The position numbers were made by a program, and so were the translations under genes. Under the pieces are notes generated by a model that had not been told where the DNA came from, did no database searches, and saw only the letters and a program-made list of their open reading frames with translations. Shown here piece by piece: positions 59,356 to 64,000 of a stretch of 64,000 nucleotides of DNA. The stretch is taken from positions 65,572 through 129,571 of the IMG/VR virus record IMGVR_UViG_3300037348_000049. One strand, written 5' to 3'. Position 1 is the stretch's first letter. The number at the start of each line of letters is the position of its first letter. The stretch is from a virus.

Positions 59356-59646
59356 ATGACTATAGATGCGTTTACTTTTGTAATTCTCGCTCTTGGAGCG
59401 TACCGTGCAACCCATTTGATCACAACCGACGCCATTGCAGACGGATTTCGCAATAAGGTTTGGTCAAAGTTCCCACCAACCACTAAAATTGGGTACTTAA
59501 TCACTTGTAACTGGTGTACAGGGTTCTGGATGGCGGGCATTTTTGTCGTCGGAGCGTCAATCCTACCTCAACTTACCTTTGTGGTATCATTAGTCTTGGC
59601 TATATCTGCCTTGATTGGAATTATTTCCGCTTGGACAGAGCGCTAA
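59356..59646 (+). CDS. DUF1360-like membrane protein
   Basis: LGAYRATHLITTD, GYLITC.WC.GFW. Confidence 0.75.
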   Translation: MTIDAFTFVILALGAYRATHLITTDAIADGFRNKVWSKFPPTTKIGYLITCNWCTGFWMAGIFVVGASILPQLTFVVSLVLAISALIGIISAWTER

Positions 59647-59664
59647 ACAGACAGGGAGCCCGTC

Positions 59665-61413
59665 TTGGGTATTTTTAAAAAAGAACCACAGCAGTTACAG
59701 GCTTCCGGCCGTAATTTACGCGCCTCCGCCCCAAAGAACACTACTAGCATTGCCCCGGGTGTCTCAGTTGACTCTTTTGGTATTATTTATGCTGAACCAC
59801 GCGCGTTCAACGCACCTAGACCAATAACTGCTGCTGCTGCTCAAGTAAAGCTAGATGATAAAACTGAAGCAGAGTACTTTAAAGCTCGCAGGAACTCCGC
59901 CGCTACCTCTTGGCAGGGCGAAGCATGGGAATACTACGACGCAATTGGTGAGATTAAATATGCCTTCAACCTAGTTGCGTCTGTTGTCTCAAGAATTCGT
60001 CTATACGCAGCAGCTATAGGCAATCCGAGTGAAGCACCTTCTCCAATTGTTTCAGTAGCTAAGGTAGAGCCCCGACTAGCACAAGCTGCTCAGCGAGCCC
60101 TCGACCGCTTGAGCTCTGCCTACGGTGGACAGCCTGGTCTTTTAAAAGACGCAGCGCTAAACTTGCAAGTTACTGGAGAGTGCTACCTAGTTCAGGTCCC
60201 AGAACGACTAGGATCGGGCTACCCCGAGACCTGGGACATCAGATCAACCGATGAGCTACAAGTTGATTCTAGGGGTAATTACATTCTTAATCCTCGCAGT
60301 GACCCAGCTGGCACCGGTGGTGTTGGAAAGGGTACTGGTGATATCATTCATCTACCAAAAACTTCATATGTTGGTCGCATTTGGCGAGCTCACCCTCGCT
60401 ATAGTCAGGAATCTGACTCTTCCCTAAGAGGTCTATTGGACCTTTGCGCTGAATTGCTACTACTGAATAGGACATTCCGTGCGACTGCAAGATCTCGCCT
60501 TAACGCTGGTGCTCTCTACCTACCTGACGGCCTATCGGTGGCTTCGACTCCGGACCCAGACTACCCGTACGACGAAGACGGTAATTACAACGAGCAATAT
60601 AATCCCGAAGAGGCCGCAGACGACTTCGAAGATCAGCTAATCGATGCAATGACCACCCCGATTAAGGACGAAGATTCTGCATCTGCAGTTGTGCCCTTAA
60701 TTATCCGTGGTCCAGCAGAGCTTGGCGACAAGATCAAGCAGTTTAAGTTCGAACGTTCCTTCGACCCAGCTCTTGGAGAGCGCTCCGACCGTGTACTAGA
60801 GCGTATCATGCAGGGCCTAGACGTCCCTAAAGACATCGTAACGGGACTTGCCAACGTTAAGTACTCTAACGCGCTACAGATCGACGAGAGCCTCTACAAG
60901 GCTCACATTGAGCCCCTGATGCTTCTGATAGTTGACGCCTTAACAGTTATGTACTTACGTCCATACCTAATTGCCAACGGTTACTCCGAGGCAGAAGTTA
61001 AAGATGTCTGCATTTGGTATGATCCTAGCCTAGTGTCTACCAGAAACGACCGCGCTACAGACGCGGACTCTGGATTTGACAAGATGGCAGTATCATTTGA
61101 CACCTGGCGTCGCGCACATGGGTTCTCCGCGGCAGACGCACCGGACGCTAAAGAGCTTGCACTTCGTTTAGTGATGCAAAAGGGCATGGTCACACCTGAA
61201 CTTACCGAGGCGATGCTACAGTCGGTGGCTCCAGAGATGATGGGTGCACTCAGGCAGCAGACCATGGAAAATAATGGTGCTGCTATTCCCCCAGAGATTG
61301 ATGAGCTTTTGACCCCAGCGGGTACTGGTGCTCCGTCAACTACAGAAGATGTTGCTGAAGAATCAACGCAAGAAGAAACAACACCGCCACCACTAGCAGA
61401 GCCAGAGGCTTAA
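59665..61413 (+). CDS. Portal protein
   Basis: Downstream of terL; WQ.EAW.YYD.IGE, V.GECYL, S.DSS.R, SA.VP.II.GP motifs of actinophage portals. Confidence 0.8.
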   Translation: MGIFKKEPQQLQASGRNLRASAPKNTTSIAPGVSVDSFGIIYAEPRAFNAPRPITAAAAQVKLDDKTEAEYFKARRNSAATSWQGEAWEYYDAIGEIKYAFNLVASVVSRIRLYAAAIGNPSEAPSPIVSVAKVEPRLAQAAQRALDRLSSAYGGQPGLLKDAALNLQVTGECYLVQVPERLGSGYPETWDIRSTDELQVDSRGNYILNPRSDPAGTGGVGKGTGDIIHLPKTSYVGRIWRAHPRYSQESDSSLRGLLDLCAELLLLNRTFRATARSRLNAGALYLPDGLSVASTPDPDYPYDEDGNYNEQYNPEEAADDFEDQLIDAMTTPIKDEDSASAVVPLIIRGPAELGDKIKQFKFERSFDPALGERSDRVLERIMQGLDVPKDIVTGLANVKYSNALQIDESLYKAHIEPLMLLIVDALTVMYLRPYLIANGYSEAEVKDVCIWYDPSLVSTRNDRATDADSGFDKMAVSFDTWRRAHGFSAADAPDAKELALRLVMQKGMVTPELTEAMLQSVAPEMMGALRQQTMENNGAAIPPEIDELLTPAGTGAPSTTEDVAEESTQEETTPPPLAEPEA

Positions 61414-61414
61414 C

Positions 61415-61873
61415 ATGCATATTGATCAAAAACCAGAACTAGTTGCAAGATTGGCAAAATTACTGGCTAATACAGTCACGGCTAAATTTATTCTCCACGG
61501 CTATCACTGGAACGTCTTAGGCCCAGACTTTGGTGAGTATCATAAATTCTTTAAGACTCTATATAAGGATGTAGACGGCTCAATAGACGAGTTGGGCGAA
61601 AATATTCTTAAAGCTGGATTCCCTGCGCCATATCTTCTAAGTGACTATATAGAGATGTCCTCTATCAAAGAAGAGCGCTTAGATGGAACTTCTCCCGTTT
61701 TCTTGCTTCAGTCTGCTAAAAGAGTTAATGATGAATTAGTTCACTCTCTATTCGACGCATTTAAGATGGCAGAAGAGTGCAATGAGCAAGGACTAATGGA
61801 TTTTCTTGCAGGCCGTATTGATACACATAAAACATTCAACTGGCAGATCAATGCATTCATAGGAGTTCGCTAA
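61415..61873 (+). CDS. dps: Dps/ferritin-like protein
   Basis: HGYHWNV.G.DF..YH.FF..LY......IDELGE; C-terminal H.T..WQ. Confidence 0.85.
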   Translation: MHIDQKPELVARLAKLLANTVTAKFILHGYHWNVLGPDFGEYHKFFKTLYKDVDGSIDELGENILKAGFPAPYLLSDYIEMSSIKEERLDGTSPVFLLQSAKRVNDELVHSLFDAFKMAEECNEQGLMDFLAGRIDTHKTFNWQINAFIGVR

Positions 61874-62602
61874 ATGTCTGAGTACTTTGATAAAGTTTTA
61901 AACGCCTCTGGAGAGTACGCTTCACCAGAACAGATTCTCGATAACGATAAGAAGGAAGCTCCCGAAGGTTATCACTATATGCCAGACGGAGAGTTAATGA
62001 AAGATTCAGCGCACGAAGCAGCGGCTCTAGAAAAAGACTCTGACGATCCTTGCTGGAAGGGATATGTCCAAGTAGGTACAAAAAAGAAGAACGGCAAAAA
62101 AGTACCAAACTGCGTCCCTTCTGCGGCATCCATAGATGAGATAGTTGCAAGTGTTAATAGTGAGTTTGGGCACTCCAGGCGAGTTCGCAAAGAAGATGCC
62201 TATCAAGTTGCTAGAAAAGCCTGCGACAAATACAGCTACCTCGGAGATACCGAAGAACTCGAGTTAGCGATTCTGTGGGAAGTATTCACATACGTAGAAT
62301 ATGCAACCGAAGGCGTCTCTGAGGATCTTGAAGATTTATCAGAATATTCTATTCTCCTGCCAGCCGGACATCCGGGAAGAGACTCTTCAATTGCAGACTC
62401 CCTCGAGTGGGTCTATGGTGCCCCTGACTTGGATGACTTTGCCAAAGAAGCACTTCTTTCTGCTTTTGATATAGGCTCTGGCGGCATAGAGGTATTGCAT
62501 GCAACTACTAGGCTGAATGTCTTAATTTCCAGTGGCGCGCTCAGTCCGGCTACCGTTTATCACGTGGAAACCTTAAAAAATAAAAAGAATCAAGTCAGTT
62601 AG
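61874..62602 (+). CDS. Head-module hypothetical protein
   Basis: APEGYHYMPDG.LM and DPCWKGYVQVG.K.K.GK.VPNCVP micro-motifs. Confidence 0.6.
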   Translation: MSEYFDKVLNASGEYASPEQILDNDKKEAPEGYHYMPDGELMKDSAHEAAALEKDSDDPCWKGYVQVGTKKKNGKKVPNCVPSAASIDEIVASVNSEFGHSRRVRKEDAYQVARKACDKYSYLGDTEELELAILWEVFTYVEYATEGVSEDLEDLSEYSILLPAGHPGRDSSIADSLEWVYGAPDLDDFAKEALLSAFDIGSGGIEVLHATTRLNVLISSGALSPATVYHVETLKNKKNQVS

Positions 62603-62657
62603 ATTTTATTAGGGTAAAATTTAGAGTAGCTTTCTATCTATATAAAGGATTAAATTT

Positions 62658-64000
62658 ATGTCCGACTCCCTTAAGTCAATAATTGCAGTGGGTGGAAACT
62701 CTAGTGCTTCAAAAAGCCTGAGGGCCAGGAAGCAGCCTCGTGATAAAAAAGGCCGTTGGGTAACAACAGGCGCAGCCATGTTTGCAAGCGTCTCACTCAG
62801 TAATGGCAAAATATTAAAAGTAAAAGGTAAAGCTGTTGGAGGCACTGCAACTAAAAAGGGTGAAAAAAATGATATTCGCATGCTCGTTGACAAGGGCTAC
62901 GGAGCTTCGGGAATTCCAGAAAATACGGTACTTGAAGTAGACTCTAAAAATGGTGAGCTAGAGTCCAAGATTCAGATAAATCGCGACTTCTTGAAGAAGA
63001 AGGGTATTGACCCCGATCTGCAGCATGACCTTCCTAAGTCAATAGCTGATATGCCTCAGAAGCTAGAGAACATGAACGCTCAGCCGGGCGATGAGCTAGA
63101 TATTGAACTTGCCACCAATGGACTGACTGATGAGGAAGATAAAGAATTCCGCGCAGAGCGCGACAAGGAGCCTCTAGCAAAACTTCCACCAGCACTTGCA
63201 GAGCAAGCTGTTGAAGGCGAAGACGTTAACAAACTTCTAGACGAAGCGGGCAAGGCAGACTCTCCTTTTATTGATCTCATACCAAAGTCTGCACTCGAGG
63301 TCATAAAGCTACGTGACGCGGGTCTTATAGACTCTACAGGAGGCATTCAACCTGGTGCCAGGTTTGTACCAGGAACACGGATGTATGGCGGAACGTGGGA
63401 CACTAATGACTATTGGTATAACCCAGATGGAAGTGTTGTTAGGATTCGCAATGAGAAGGTAGGTAGCAAATCTACACTTCCTACCGGGGTGATTGATCCT
63501 GATATGTTACGCGACATGTGGACCCCAGCTGACGTAGAAAACCGAAACCCCGCTAAAGTCGCAGACAATGCAATTGCAAATATTATGGCTGAAGTCAGTC
63601 TGCATGGAGATACCGAGGTAAAATTCGAGGCTCTGGACGAGCTGTTTAGTGAAAAAAGCAGCCTCAAGCCAACGGCTCCTATGAATCTAAATGTTGGAGA
63701 CGTAGTTCGCTCGAAGGCAGGTAAAGATTCCGTCATTGTTGACTTGAAATTGGATCCCAGCAGTGGCGGTAGATCATTCATGAAACTACAGAATGAGGAT
63801 GGCACCGTAGCAGAGGTTCCTATAGATCTGACCAGGAAACTTAACGTTGTGCAAGGCAGAAAAGCTACTATCTCTGAACCAACTGAACCAACTGAACCAA
63901 CTGAACCAACTGAACCAACTGAACCAACCGCGAAAGCTAAGCCCGCTAAGCCCGCTAAGCCCGCTAAGCCCGTTCCAAAAACGGTAGATGATACCAGAGA
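62658..64000 (+). CDS. Start of a very large ORF (truncated by window), probably capsid-maturation/head-associated
   Basis: AAAGGA RBS, ATG 62658, open to window end by manual translation; RARKQPRDKKGRW motif. Confidence 0.7.
   Translation, partial: MSDSLKSIIAVGGNSSASKSLRARKQPRDKKGRWVTTGAAMFASVSLSNGKILKVKGKAVGGTATKKGEKNDIRMLVDKGYGASGIPENTVLEVDSKNGELESKIQINRDFLKKKGIDPDLQHDLPKSIADMPQKLENMNAQPGDELDIELATNGLTDEEDKEFRAERDKEPLAKLPPALAEQAVEGEDVNKLLDEAGKADSPFIDLIPKSALEVIKLRDAGLIDSTGGIQPGARFVPGTRMYGGTWDTNDYWYNPDGSVVRIRNEKVGSKSTLPTGVIDPDMLRDMWTPADVENRNPAKVADNAIANIMAEVSLHGDTEVKFEALDELFSEKSSLKPTAPMNLNVGDVVRSKAGKDSVIVDLKLDPSSGGRSFMKLQNEDGTVAEVPIDLTRKLNVVQGRKATISEPTEPTEPTEPTEPTEPTAKAKPAKPAKPAKPVPKTVDDTR
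63874..63971 (+). repeat. In-frame 9-bp tandem repeats (CTGAACCAA)x6 and (GCTAAGCCC)x4
   Basis: 63874-63927 encodes EPT repeats; 63936-63971 encodes AKP repeats. Confidence 0.95.

Noticed and set aside
5445-63805. Many antisense or alternate-frame ORFs in the track (e.g. 5445-5876, 6246-6956, 7316-7708, 26595-27050, 33079-33663, 57536-57859, 63410-63805)
   Set aside because: They overlap better-supported genes, lack an RBS or motifs, and look like shadow ORFs.

Overview
A 64-kb segment of a large tailed dsDNA actinobacteriophage. The host-like genes (class Ib nrdHIEF, WhiB, DUF3039, FmdB-type zinc ribbon, PIN-PhoH, ClgR-like regulator) point to an actinobacterial host; a freshwater Microbacteriaceae-type host is my inference. 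Bases 1-36.9 kb hold nucleotide metabolism (nrdHIEF, thyX, DEDDh exonuclease, degenerate dUTPase), a DUF3494 ice-binding-domain protein, a serine recombinase, two flavin-dependent halogenase-like genes beside dUTPase-fold paralogs, a non-canonical tRNA-like RNA, two cell-wall hydrolases and many small ORFs. Bases 36.9-54.2 kb are the most striking part: about 24 same-strand mini transcription units (terminator - 16-bp GTATCYACTTTTTTAC motif x18 - promoter - AAAGGG(G) RBS - 1 to 4 small ORFs), including a MoxR AAA + HEXXH-VWA pair. This array also carries conserved 5' AAGGG-loop hairpins, 3' hairpins with an identical anti-SD loop, a hairpin built from three perfect DnaA boxes, and a strong GATC depletion. 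Bases 54.9-64 kb hold double-HTH proteins, NlpC/P60, terminase large subunit, portal, a Dps-like protein and the start of a very large head-associated ORF. Family assignments come from motif recognition by eye, and all motif counts are manual.
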